Origin: Hydrogenophaga sp.
Lineage (GTDB): Bacteria > Pseudomonadota > Gammaproteobacteria > Burkholderiales > Burkholderiaceae_C
Assembly (NCBI RefSeq): GCF_011390835.1
Contig: NZ_JAABRQ010000018.1
Span: 20,255-84,254 of the forward strand
Length of the DNA: 64,000 bases
Direction of reading: 5' to 3'
Below, one piece after another: positions 1 to 8,552 of this stretch. Under the pieces are notes generated by a model that saw nothing but the letters and a program-made list of their open reading frames with translations, did not search any database and was not told the origin of the DNA. Every line of letters begins with the position of its first letter. The stretch's first letter is position 1. The position numbers and the translations under genes are program-made.

Positions 1-75
1 ATCGAAAGTCTGGGAGAAGCCGGCGAGGCAGCGAGCGCGGCGAGATTGAAGCCAACAAAGCGACCAGGAAATTAA

Positions 76-93
76 TGACTGACCGGTTAGTAA
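76..93. promoter_or_regulatory. Imperfect palindrome TGACTGACCGGTTAGTAA, resembling a TetR/AcrR-family operator
   Basis: Core ACTGACCGGTTAGT (78-91) is self-complementary except for one pair and lies in an AT-richer intergenic stretch; no cognate regulator in the window. Confidence 0.35.
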
Positions 94-235
94 GCAAAAT
101 TGTAGTGCAATCGCCAAACCCCATCGGGGCTGCGTGGGGCGTACTGTCGCACGGCCACGTCCGCGAGCAGGGGTCGACGCTGGCAAGGCTGACAGACGCA
201 TCACAGCGGAGGGCCGCGGACGCGCGGAGCCGGCC

Positions 236-1135
236 ATGAGCACCACCAACCCAGGTGCCGCTGCGCGCGCACCCTCCCCGATCGCTGGTGTCGAGCACTA
301 CGAAAACTTTCCAGTCGCGTCTTGGCTGTGCCCGCCCGAGCTGCGCCCGGCGGTTCAAGCCGTCTATCACTTTGCCCGCACCGCCGATGACCTGGCCGAC
401 GAGGGTGAGGCCTCTGCCGAACAGCGCCTGGCCGAACTGGACGGCTACCGCCACGAGCTGGACCGCTGCCTGGCGGGAGAGGCGCCGGTCGACGCCCGCT
501 GGCCGGGCATCTTCAAGCCGTTGCGCGCCGCGGTGGCGCAGCATCAGCTGCCTGGCCCGCTGCTGTATGACCTCATCAGCGCTTTTGAGCAAGATGTGCG
601 CCACACCGCCAGCGGCCACCGCTATGCCAACACCCCCGAGCTGCTCGACTACGCACGCCGCTCGGCTAACCCGGTGGGTCGCCTGCTGCTGCACCTGTAT
701 GGCGTGCGCGATGCAGCGTCCTTGAAACAGAGCGACCAGATCTGCAGCGCCTTGCAACTGATCAACTTCTGGCAAGACATCCGGGTCGACCATGCGCGTG
801 GACGTCACTACCTGCCGATCGATGCGCTGGGCCGCCACGGAGTGCAGTTGGCCGACTTCGCGGCCGACGCCCGGCCCGAACCAGCGACCCAGGTGCGCAT
901 GGCGCGTGCCGTGGCCGCGCTGTGTCTGCAGGCGCATGGCCTGATGCTGGAAGGCGCGCCGCTGGCGCGCCGCGTGCAGGGCCGGGCCGGCTGGGAGTTG
1001 CGCCTGGTGATCCAGGGTGGACTGCGCATCCTGGACAAGCTGGCCGCCGGCGGCTACCGCAGCTGGCAGGTTCGACCGCGCCTGCGGGTCTGGGATGTGC
1101 CGGTGCTGCTGTGGCGCGCGGTGTGGATGCGCTGA
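236..1135 (+). CDS. hpnC: Squalene synthase HpnC (hydroxysqualene synthase)
   Basis: HYENFPVAS N-terminal signature, FARTADDLADEG and QLINFWQD Asp-rich motifs; ATG 236 preferred over the track's GTG 134. Confidence 0.92.
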   Translation: MSTTNPGAAARAPSPIAGVEHYENFPVASWLCPPELRPAVQAVYHFARTADDLADEGEASAEQRLAELDGYRHELDRCLAGEAPVDARWPGIFKPLRAAVAQHQLPGPLLYDLISAFEQDVRHTASGHRYANTPELLDYARRSANPVGRLLLHLYGVRDAASLKQSDQICSALQLINFWQDIRVDHARGRHYLPIDALGRHGVQLADFAADARPEPATQVRMARAVAALCLQAHGLMLEGAPLARRVQGRAGWELRLVIQGGLRILDKLAAGGYRSWQVRPRLRVWDVPVLLWRAVWMR

Positions 1136-1158
1136 ACACCGGCACCGCAGAGGAAATC

Positions 1159-1176
1159 TGTATTAGAACTTGGACA
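1159..1176. promoter_or_regulatory. PpsR/CrtJ box upstream of bchI
   Basis: TGT-ATTAGAACTTGG-ACA is an exact TGT-N12-ACA match. Confidence 0.7.
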
Positions 1177-1245
1177 CTCAGTACCGTAACCAATCCGGCT
1201 TTCGCGCCGCCTGTGCCATACTGAATTCCCAACCTTTACTACCTT

Positions 1246-2274
1246 ATGGCACAGGCATTCCCCTTTTCGGCCATCGTCGGCCAGGAAGAAATGAAGACGG
1301 CGATCCTGATCGCTGCGATCGACCCCAGCATCGGCGGCATCCTGGTGCTGGGCGACCGAGGCACCGGCAAATCGACCGCGGTGCGCGCACTTGCCGCGCT
1401 GTTGCCCAAGATGAAAGCAGTGCAAGGCTGCCGCTACGGCTGCGACCCGACCGAGGCCGCTGGTGGCTGCACCGAATGTGCCACCCTGCGGCCTGCGGGC
1501 AGCTCGCCCAAGACCCACCTCATTCCGGTGCCCGTGGTCGATCTGCCACTGGGCGCAACCGAAGACCGCGTGGTCGGCGCGCTCGATCTGGAGCGCGCCC
1601 TGTCGCAAGGTGTGAAGGCGTTTGAGCCCGGCCTGCTGGCCCAGGCGCATCGCGGTTTTCTCTACATCGACGAAGTCAACTTGCTGGAGGACCACCTGGT
1701 CGACCTGCTGATCGACGTGGCCGCCTCGGGCGAAAACGTGGTCGAGCGCGAAGGCCTGTCGGTGCGGCACCCGGCGCGCTTTGTGCTGGTAGGCAGCGGC
1801 AATCCGGAAGAAGGCGAGCTGCGGCCACAGTTGCTGGACCGGTTTGGCCTGTCGGTCGAGGTGAAAACGCCCGACCAGCTGGTCGATCGGGTGGAAGTCG
1901 TCAAGCGGCGCGACGCCTTTGAACAGGACCGCAGTGCCTTCATCGCGCAGTGGCAGCCCGACGACGAACGCATCCGCAAACAGATCGTCGCGGCCCGCAA
2001 GCGCCTGCCGGCGGTGAGCGTGAGCGACGCCGTGCGCGAGCGCATTTCCAGCCTCTGCGCCGCACTAGGCACCGACGGCTTGCGCGGTGACCTTACCCTC
2101 TTGCGCGCGGCCCGAGCGCTGGCCGCGCTGGACGGCGACAAGGCGGTGGCGGACCATCACATCCGCCGCATCGCCGCGCCCGCCCTGCGCCACCGACTGC
2201 GCCGCAATCCGCTGGACAACGCCGGCTCGTCCACCCGCGTGGAGCGGGCGGTGGCCGAACTGCTGCCGGCATGA
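1246..2274 (+). CDS. bchI: Magnesium chelatase ATPase subunit I
   Basis: FPFSAIVGQEEMK, Walker A GDRGTGKST, LYIDEVNLL, GSGNPEEGELRPQLLDRFG. Confidence 0.97.
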   Translation: MAQAFPFSAIVGQEEMKTAILIAAIDPSIGGILVLGDRGTGKSTAVRALAALLPKMKAVQGCRYGCDPTEAAGGCTECATLRPAGSSPKTHLIPVPVVDLPLGATEDRVVGALDLERALSQGVKAFEPGLLAQAHRGFLYIDEVNLLEDHLVDLLIDVAASGENVVEREGLSVRHPARFVLVGSGNPEEGELRPQLLDRFGLSVEVKTPDQLVDRVEVVKRRDAFEQDRSAFIAQWQPDDERIRKQIVAARKRLPAVSVSDAVRERISSLCAALGTDGLRGDLTLLRAARALAALDGDKAVADHHIRRIAAPALRHRLRRNPLDNAGSSTRVERAVAELLPA

Positions 2275-4070
2275 ACATCAGCCAGCGTCCCGCGCTGGCA
2301 CCCGACGCGGTGCTCGCCGCGGCGCTGCTCGCGGTGGACCCGGTGGGTCTGGGCGGCGTGGCGCTTCGGGCGCCTGCCAGCGAGCTGCGCGGCGACTGGC
2401 TGGCCTTGGCCAAATCCCTGTTGCCGGCCTCGGCACCCTGGCTGCGTGTGCCGCACCACGCCAGCGACAGCGCCTTGCTGGGCGGTCTCGATCTGGCCGC
2501 CACCTTGAGCGCGGGTCGGCCGGTGGCCCTGCCAGGGCTGCTGGCGCGGGCCGATGGTGGTGTGCTGCTGCTGGCCATGGCCGAGCGCTGTGGCCCCGGC
2601 GTGGCTGCCTACCTGAGCGCGGCGCTCGACCAACACGAGGTGCATCTGCAACGCGATGGCCTGTCGCATGCCGCGCCGGCTCGGCTCGCGCTGATCGCAC
2701 TGGACGAAGGACAGGCCGACGACGAACACCTGCCTGCCACCTTGCTGGACCGGCTTGCATTCTGGCTGTCGCTCGAGCCAGCGGGCGCGGAGCAGGATGC
2801 GCCGGTGTTCGACCTCGCCGACATCACCGCCGCCCGCGCCGCCTGGCCCAGCGTCGCTGTGCCCGACGCGCTGGTGCAGGCCTTGTGCGCCGCCGCCATG
2901 GCCTGGGGCGTGCCATCGATGCGCGCGCCGGTGATGGCGGTGCGCGCGACCCGTGCCCTGGCGGCGCTGGCGGGCCTGAGCGAAGCCGACGAAGACCACG
3001 CCACCCTGGCCGCGCGCCTGGTGCTGGCACCACGGGCCACCCAGTTGCCGTCTTCAGAGGAAGCACCCGAGCAAGCTGAGGAGCCACCGGAGGCTGAAAG
3101 CCCACCCGACCAGGATCCACCGACCGACGATCCGCCCGCGGCTGAAGACGACGCCCAAAGGCCACCAGCGCCAGATCCCCAGGCACTGGAGGACAAGCTC
3201 ATCGAAGCCATGCAGGCCGCGCTGCCGCCCGGCCTGCTCGCCGCGCTGCAGCTGGGCCAGCAGCGCCAGGCCCAAGCCAAAACCGCCGGCACCGCAGGTG
3301 CTCAGCAAAAGCACGCGCACCGCGGTCGCCCGGTGGGTACGCGGCGCGGCGAACCGCGCCACGGGGCCCGGCTGCATGTGCTCGACACGCTGCGCGCCGC
3401 AGCGCCATGGCAGCGCTTGCGGCGCCGGGCAGACACGCCTGCTAAGCGCATTGAGGTGCGGCGCGAGGACTTTCATGTGCGGCGGTTCCGGCAGCACCGC
3501 CCGACCACCACCGTGTTCGTGGTCGATGCCTCGGGCTCGGCTGCGTTGCACCGGCTGGCCGAGGCCAAGGGCGCGGTGGAGCTCTTGCTGGCCGAGTGTT
3601 ATGTGCGGCGCGACCGGGTCGCGGTGCTGGCGTTTCGCGGCGCGGGCGTGGAACTGCTGCTGCCGCCCACACGCTCGCTGGCACGCGCCAAACGCTCTCT
3701 GGCCGCCCTGCCCGGCGGCGGCGGCACACCGCTGGCGGCTGGCATCCACGCCGCGCGCGAACTGGCCACGCAGCTGGCGCGGCAAGGCGACTCGCCGCTG
3801 GTCGTGTTCCTCACCGACGGCCGCGCCAACATCGCCGCCGACGGCACGCCCGGTCGCACCCAGGCCGCCGCCGATGCGCTGCAGGCCGCCGCCGAGTTCA
3901 GGACGCAGGCTCTCAGCGCCCTGCTGATCGACACCTCACCACAACCCAGCGAAGCCGCGCGCCTGCTGTCGGTCGAGATGGCCGCGTCTTACATACCCCT
4001 GCCACACGCCGGCGCCCAGGGTCTGAGCCAGGTGGTGTCGCTGGCCGCCTCGCCAGCGGCGGTGCGGTGA
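2271..4070 (+). CDS. bchD: Magnesium chelatase subunit D
   Basis: Degenerate AAA N-terminus, acidic/Pro-rich linker, vWA MIDAS VVDASGS; ATGA overlap with bchI. Confidence 0.95.
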   Translation: MNISQRPALAPDAVLAAALLAVDPVGLGGVALRAPASELRGDWLALAKSLLPASAPWLRVPHHASDSALLGGLDLAATLSAGRPVALPGLLARADGGVLLLAMAERCGPGVAAYLSAALDQHEVHLQRDGLSHAAPARLALIALDEGQADDEHLPATLLDRLAFWLSLEPAGAEQDAPVFDLADITAARAAWPSVAVPDALVQALCAAAMAWGVPSMRAPVMAVRATRALAALAGLSEADEDHATLAARLVLAPRATQLPSSEEAPEQAEEPPEAESPPDQDPPTDDPPAAEDDAQRPPAPDPQALEDKLIEAMQAALPPGLLAALQLGQQRQAQAKTAGTAGAQQKHAHRGRPVGTRRGEPRHGARLHVLDTLRAAAPWQRLRRRADTPAKRIEVRREDFHVRRFRQHRPTTTVFVVDASGSAALHRLAEAKGAVELLLAECYVRRDRVAVLAFRGAGVELLLPPTRSLARAKRSLAALPGGGGTPLAAGIHAARELATQLARQGDSPLVVFLTDGRANIAADGTPGRTQAAADALQAAAEFRTQALSALLIDTSPQPSEAARLLSVEMAASYIPLPHAGAQGLSQVVSLAASPAAVR

Positions 4071-4072
4071 GC

Positions 4073-4978
4073 ATGTCCGGCGCGCTGGACTGGGAGCGCG
4101 ACGGCCCTGAATGGCCGCACGCACAGCACAGCCGCTTTGTGCATGCGGCTGGTCTGCGTTGGCATGTGCAGCACTTCCCGGGACCGGCGCCTGATGCGCC
4201 CTGCCTGCTGCTGCTGCACGGCACCGGCGCCTCCACCCACTCCTGGCGGGACCTGGCACCACTGCTGGCCAAGCGCTATCAGGTCATCGCGCCCGATCTG
4301 CCCGGCCATGCCTTCACCGGCCTGCCACCCGGCGGGGTGGGTTCGCCCCAACTCACCTTGCCCGGCATGGCCGCTGCGCTAAAGGGTTTGATGCAAGCCC
4401 TCGACCAGCGCCCAGCCCGCGTGGTGGGTCATTCAGCTGGCGCGGCGATCGCGGTGCGCATGTGCCTGGACGGCCTCATCAACCCGCAGCGCCTGAGCGG
4501 GCTGAACGCGGCCCTGCTGCCGCTGGGCGGGCTCGCCGGCGCGGTGTTTTCACCGGCCGCCAAGCTGATGGCGTCTGTGCCGCTCGTGCCGCGCCTGTTT
4601 GCCTGGCGCGCGGGCGAGCCGGCCGTGCTGCAGCGCCTGCTGCAGAGCACCGGCTCCACGCTCGACCCCACCGGCACCGCGCTCTACCGGCGCCTGGTCA
4701 GTAGCCCGGCACACGCCACCGGCGCACTGGGGATGATGGCCAACTGGGATCTCCCGACCCTGGCCGCCGACCTACCGCGACTGGCGGTGCCACTCGATTT
4801 GCTGGTGGGTTCGCGCGACCGCACCGTGCCGCCGGAGCAGGCGCAGCGCGTCTTGGCCCGCCTGAGCGATGCAGCGCGCGGACGCATCACCGTGCTCGAC
4901 GGGCTGGGTCACCTGGCGCACGAGGAAGACCCGGCGCGCGTGGCCGAATACCTGTTGGACGCGGAGCAGGTGGCATGA
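4073..4978 (+). CDS. bchO: Alpha/beta hydrolase BchO
   Basis: LLLHGTGASTHSWR, GHSAG nucleophile elbow, GHLAHEE; follows bchID. Confidence 0.9.
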   Translation: MSGALDWERDGPEWPHAQHSRFVHAAGLRWHVQHFPGPAPDAPCLLLLHGTGASTHSWRDLAPLLAKRYQVIAPDLPGHAFTGLPPGGVGSPQLTLPGMAAALKGLMQALDQRPARVVGHSAGAAIAVRMCLDGLINPQRLSGLNAALLPLGGLAGAVFSPAAKLMASVPLVPRLFAWRAGEPAVLQRLLQSTGSTLDPTGTALYRRLVSSPAHATGALGMMANWDLPTLAADLPRLAVPLDLLVGSRDRTVPPEQAQRVLARLSDAARGRITVLDGLGHLAHEEDPARVAEYLLDAEQVA

Positions 4979-6249
4979 CCCCCGCTCGCGAGCCCTGGAC
5001 ACCCGCGCTACCCGACGCGCCACCGCGCCATTTCTGCACCGACTGCGGTCTCTCGCGCACCCAGGATCCCAAGCGCTGCGGCCAGGCTTGTCAGTTCATC
5101 GCACCCGACTACCCGCGCCTGGAGCAGCAGGTGCATGGCCGCGCGCGGCGCCTGCCTGGGGCCGATGGCGCGGCGGACGACGAGCTGTTTTTCGGACCAC
5201 ACCAGCAGATGCTGCAGGCGCGGCTGAAAACGCCGCTGGTGGGTGCGCAGTGGACGGGCATCACCACCCGCATAGCCGAGCGGCTGCTGGCCCGCGGTGA
5301 AGTGGACGCGGTGATTGCGATGGCACCGCACCCCGACGACCCCTGGCGCCCGCTGCCCGTGGTGGTGACGCGCGCCGAGGACATGGCCCGCTGTCGCGGC
5401 ATGCGCATGGGTTACGCACCGCTGGTGGCGCTGGTGGAGCCCGCGCTGGCGCAAGGCCACAAGCGGCTGGCGGTGATCGGCATTCCCTGCCAGATCTACG
5501 CGCTGCGCGCAATCCAGCCACAGCTGGAGCGCGAACACGGCCTGAAAGAACTGCTGGTGATCGGCACGCCCTGCTCCGATAACACCACCACCGAGCGATT
5601 CCATGAGTTCCTGACCCTGGTCTCTCCCAAACCACAAGACGTGACCTACCTGGAGTTCCGCGCCGACTACCACGTGGAGATCCGCATGAAGGGTGGCGAG
5701 GTGCGCACCATCCCGTTCCTGCAGCTGCCGCTGTCTACCCTGCCGCCCGACTTTTTCCCCATGACCTGCCGCACCTGCGTGGACTACACCAATGCGCTGT
5801 CCGACATTACGGTGGGTTACATGGGCGGGCGCGGCGAGCAGTGGCTGCTGGTGCGCAACTCGCGCGGCCAGGCGCTGCTGGACAGTCTAAGTGACGAGGT
5901 CATCACCCACGCGCCGAGCTCGGCCGGCCAGCGCGCGGGCGCCGTGAAAGGCTTTCTGAAGAACGTGGAACGTGCCGCGGGCGGTCTGCCACTGCGGCGC
6001 ATGCCCGACTGGCTGCGCCCCATCGTGGGCTGGCTGATGCCGCGAGTCGGGCCGCGCGGCCTGGAATTCGCACGCGCGCGGGTCGAGATGAAGGCGGTGG
6101 AAACGGTGGTGCATCTGGAACGGGAATCACCGGCACGCCTGAAATCCATGGTGCCCGAGCACGTGGTGCACCTGGTGCGGCCCTATGGGTTGGCCGCACG
6201 CGCCCAGGCGGGGCAGGTTGCCGCGCCTGCGCCCCCAGACCCGACTTAA
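4975..6249 (+). CDS. bciB: FrhB-family Fe-S flavoprotein, probable ferredoxin-dependent 8-vinyl (divinyl chlorophyllide) reductase BciB
   Basis: CTDCG..CGQAC, GAQWTGI, IPCQ, GTPCSDN, CRTCVDYTNALSDITVGYMG motifs; ATGA overlap with bchO. Confidence 0.85.
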   Translation: MTPAREPWTPALPDAPPRHFCTDCGLSRTQDPKRCGQACQFIAPDYPRLEQQVHGRARRLPGADGAADDELFFGPHQQMLQARLKTPLVGAQWTGITTRIAERLLARGEVDAVIAMAPHPDDPWRPLPVVVTRAEDMARCRGMRMGYAPLVALVEPALAQGHKRLAVIGIPCQIYALRAIQPQLEREHGLKELLVIGTPCSDNTTTERFHEFLTLVSPKPQDVTYLEFRADYHVEIRMKGGEVRTIPFLQLPLSTLPPDFFPMTCRTCVDYTNALSDITVGYMGGRGEQWLLVRNSRGQALLDSLSDEVITHAPSSAGQRAGAVKGFLKNVERAAGGLPLRRMPDWLRPIVGWLMPRVGPRGLEFARARVEMKAVETVVHLERESPARLKSMVPEHVVHLVRPYGLAARAQAGQVAAPAPPDPT

Positions 6250-6303
6250 ACCCACGGGAAAACCCTGAACCGCGGTGCCGCAAAGCCGCTTGACATCCGA
6301 TAG

Positions 6304-6347
6304 TGTCATGTTAGATTGACACATGTAGATGTCACACGTTGATGACA
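6304..6347. promoter_or_regulatory. Tandem PpsR boxes 8 bp apart at the crtE promoter
   Basis: TGTCATGTTAGATTGACA (6304-6321) and TGTCACACGTTGATGACA (6330-6347) are both exact; TTGACA(6290-95)-N16-TAGATT(6312-17) promoter candidate. Confidence 0.88.
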
Positions 6348-6370
6348 TCACGTCTGCAGGCGAGAAGTCC

Positions 6371-7288
6371 ATGCCCATGATGTCACGCATCCAGCAAGCG
6401 CTAGACGCCCAGCTTCAGCGCGCTGCCGGCGCCAGCGCACCGCCCCGATTGATTGCCGCCATGCGACACGCCGTGTTTCCCGGCGGTGCACGCATCAGGC
6501 CCCAGCTCTGTCTGGCTGTCGCGCAAGCCTGCGGTGAAGACGCCCCCGCGCTGACCGACGCCGCGGCCGGCGCCATCGAGATGCTGCACTGCGCCTCTCT
6601 GGTGCACGACGACATGCCCTGCTTCGACGACGCGGCGACACGCCGCGGTCAGGCAACGGTGCACACTGTGTTCGGCGAGCCGCTGGCCCTGCTCACGGGC
6701 GACGCCCTCATCATCCTGGCCTACCAGACCCTGGCGCGGGCCGGCGCCGCACAGCCGGCGCGGCTCGCGGGCCTGCTGCAAACCATAAGCGATGGCGTGG
6801 GCGCACCCGACGGCATCGTGGCCGGCCAAGCCTGGGAATGTGAATCGAGAGTCTCGCTCAGCCAGTACCAGCGCGCCAAGACCGGCGCGCTGTTTGTGGC
6901 ATCCACCTGCGCTGGCGCGCAGGCGGCCGGTGCCGACCCCATGCCGTGGCGCGGTCTGGGCGAGTGCCTGGGCGAGGCCTACCAGGTCGCCGACGACATC
7001 CGCGATGTGCTGCTGCATTCGGACCAGTTGGGAAAACCCGCCGGACAGGACGCTCAGCACGGCCGGCCCAGCGCCGCGCACGACCTCGGCTTGGCCGACG
7101 CCATTCACCTGTTTCGCCGCCTGATGCAGAACGCCATCGACTCGGTGCCCGACTGCCCCAGCCGTACCGCCATGCGCCAGATCGTGCTGCGCGAATCCGA
7201 GCGGCTGATGCCCCAAAGCACCTGCGAGCGCGCCGTGCTCGAAGGCCGCATCGCCAGCGCCCCGGCGCCCCTGCAAATCGCCGCCTGA
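6371..7288 (+). CDS. crtE: Geranylgeranyl diphosphate synthase
   Basis: GGARIRP, HCASLVHDDMPCFDDA (FARM), YQVADDIRD (SARM); start could be 6329, 6371 or 6377. Confidence 0.93.
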   Translation: MPMMSRIQQALDAQLQRAAGASAPPRLIAAMRHAVFPGGARIRPQLCLAVAQACGEDAPALTDAAAGAIEMLHCASLVHDDMPCFDDAATRRGQATVHTVFGEPLALLTGDALIILAYQTLARAGAAQPARLAGLLQTISDGVGAPDGIVAGQAWECESRVSLSQYQRAKTGALFVASTCAGAQAAGADPMPWRGLGECLGEAYQVADDIRDVLLHSDQLGKPAGQDAQHGRPSAAHDLGLADAIHLFRRLMQNAIDSVPDCPSRTAMRQIVLRESERLMPQSTCERAVLEGRIASAPAPLQIAA

Positions 7289-7299
7289 GCACCCCGCCC

Positions 7300-8520
7300 A
7301 TGTCCACTCTGCACACCCCCGAGCCTCTGCCCCGCCTGCTCAGCGCACCATCCTGGCGCGAGCGATGGGCTTCGCAAGTGGACGATTGGATGACCCGGCC
7401 CGCCCTGCACCGTTGGGCGCAGCACAACCCGCTGACACGTTGGCTGGTGCGCCGCCGCTCGGCCCAGCTGTTTGAACTGATGGCCGGCTTCGTGCATTCG
7501 CAGGTCTTGCTAGCCTGCGTCCGGTTGCGCTTGCTGGAAACCGTGCGGGAGCAGCCTCGCAGCCTCGACGAGCTGGCCCGGCTCACCCAGCTGCCCGCCG
7601 CGGGACTGCAGCGCCTGCTGGCGTCCGCCGTTTCCATGCGGCTGCTCGACCAGCGCAGCGGCAGTCGCTACGGCCTTGGCGCCCTTGGCGCGCCGGTGGC
7701 CACCCACCCTGGCATCCGCGACATGGTCGAGCACAACGCCACGCTCTATGAAGACCTACGCGACCCGCTGGCCTTGCTGCGCGACCCCGATGGCGCGCAC
7801 ATGCACCGTTACTGGCCTTACACCGATCATCAGGTCGGTGAGCAGGCAGGGCAACCCCAGCCGCCCGCGCCCGAGGCACAGTTCGCGCGCTACTCGTCGC
7901 TGATGGCGACCTCGCAACGCTTCGTGATCGACGAGCTGCTGGCTGCCTACCCGTTTGCCCAGCACCAGCGGGTGCTCGATGTGGGCGGCGGCATGGGCGG
8001 CTGGGTCAGCGCGCTGGCAGAGCGCCACCCCCAGCTGTCTCTGCAGCTGTTCGACCTGCCGCCGGTGGCCGCCCTGGCCCAGGAGCAAATCATCCGCCGA
8101 GGGCTGGCGGACCGCATTACCACCCACGGCGGCAGCTTCACGACCGACGCGCTCCCGGGCGGCGCCGATCTGGCCACGCTGGTGCGTGTGGCCCACGACC
8201 ACGACGACCGCACCGTGCTCACCGTGTTGCGCGCCATTCACAAAGCCTTGCCGCTGGGAGGGGCCCTGTTGCTTGCCGAGCCTATGGCGAAGACCGATGG
8301 CCAGCCGTCCAGCAGCGACCCCTATTACCACTTCTACCTGATGGCCATGGGCTCCGGCCGGCTGCGCACTCCCCAGGCGCTGAGCGCGCTGATGAGCGAG
8401 GCCGGCTTCACCCATATCGAGCTGGTGCCCAACCCCATGCCGCTGCACGCGCAGTTGCTGGTGGGTCGCAAATCTAGGGGTTTACCCGCTGACTTGGGTA
8501 AAAGCGTCAATTTAGATTGA
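7300..8520 (+). CDS. crtF: Hydroxyneurosporene/demethylspheroidene O-methyltransferase
   Basis: LFELMAGFVHSQVL, SAM-binding LDVGGGMG, VAHDHDD; crtE-crtF-bchC synteny. Confidence 0.93.
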   Translation: MSTLHTPEPLPRLLSAPSWRERWASQVDDWMTRPALHRWAQHNPLTRWLVRRRSAQLFELMAGFVHSQVLLACVRLRLLETVREQPRSLDELARLTQLPAAGLQRLLASAVSMRLLDQRSGSRYGLGALGAPVATHPGIRDMVEHNATLYEDLRDPLALLRDPDGAHMHRYWPYTDHQVGEQAGQPQPPAPEAQFARYSSLMATSQRFVIDELLAAYPFAQHQRVLDVGGGMGGWVSALAERHPQLSLQLFDLPPVAALAQEQIIRRGLADRITTHGGSFTTDALPGGADLATLVRVAHDHDDRTVLTVLRAIHKALPLGGALLLAEPMAKTDGQPSSSDPYYHFYLMAMGSGRLRTPQALSALMSEAGFTHIELVPNPMPLHAQLLVGRKSRGLPADLGKSVNLD

Positions 8521-8548
8521 CAGTTGTAGTTGTCAGTTCTTTAATACA
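8505..8548 (+). promoter_or_regulatory. bchC promoter with tandem PpsR boxes 8 bp apart
   Basis: CGTCAATTTAGATTGACA (8505-8522, one mismatch) and TGTCAGTTCTTTAATACA (8531-8548, exact); TTGACA(8517-22)-N17-TTTAAT(8540-45). Confidence 0.88.
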
Positions 8549-8552
8549 TTTC

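Noticed and set aside
134-235. N-terminal extension of HpnC from GTG 134
   Set aside because: Low-complexity Arg/Ala/Gly sequence with no homology cue; the ATG at 236 fits the family better.
3040-3200. Low-complexity Pro/Glu/Asp-rich stretch in bchD
   Set aside because: The normal acidic, proline-rich linker of BchD/ChlD.
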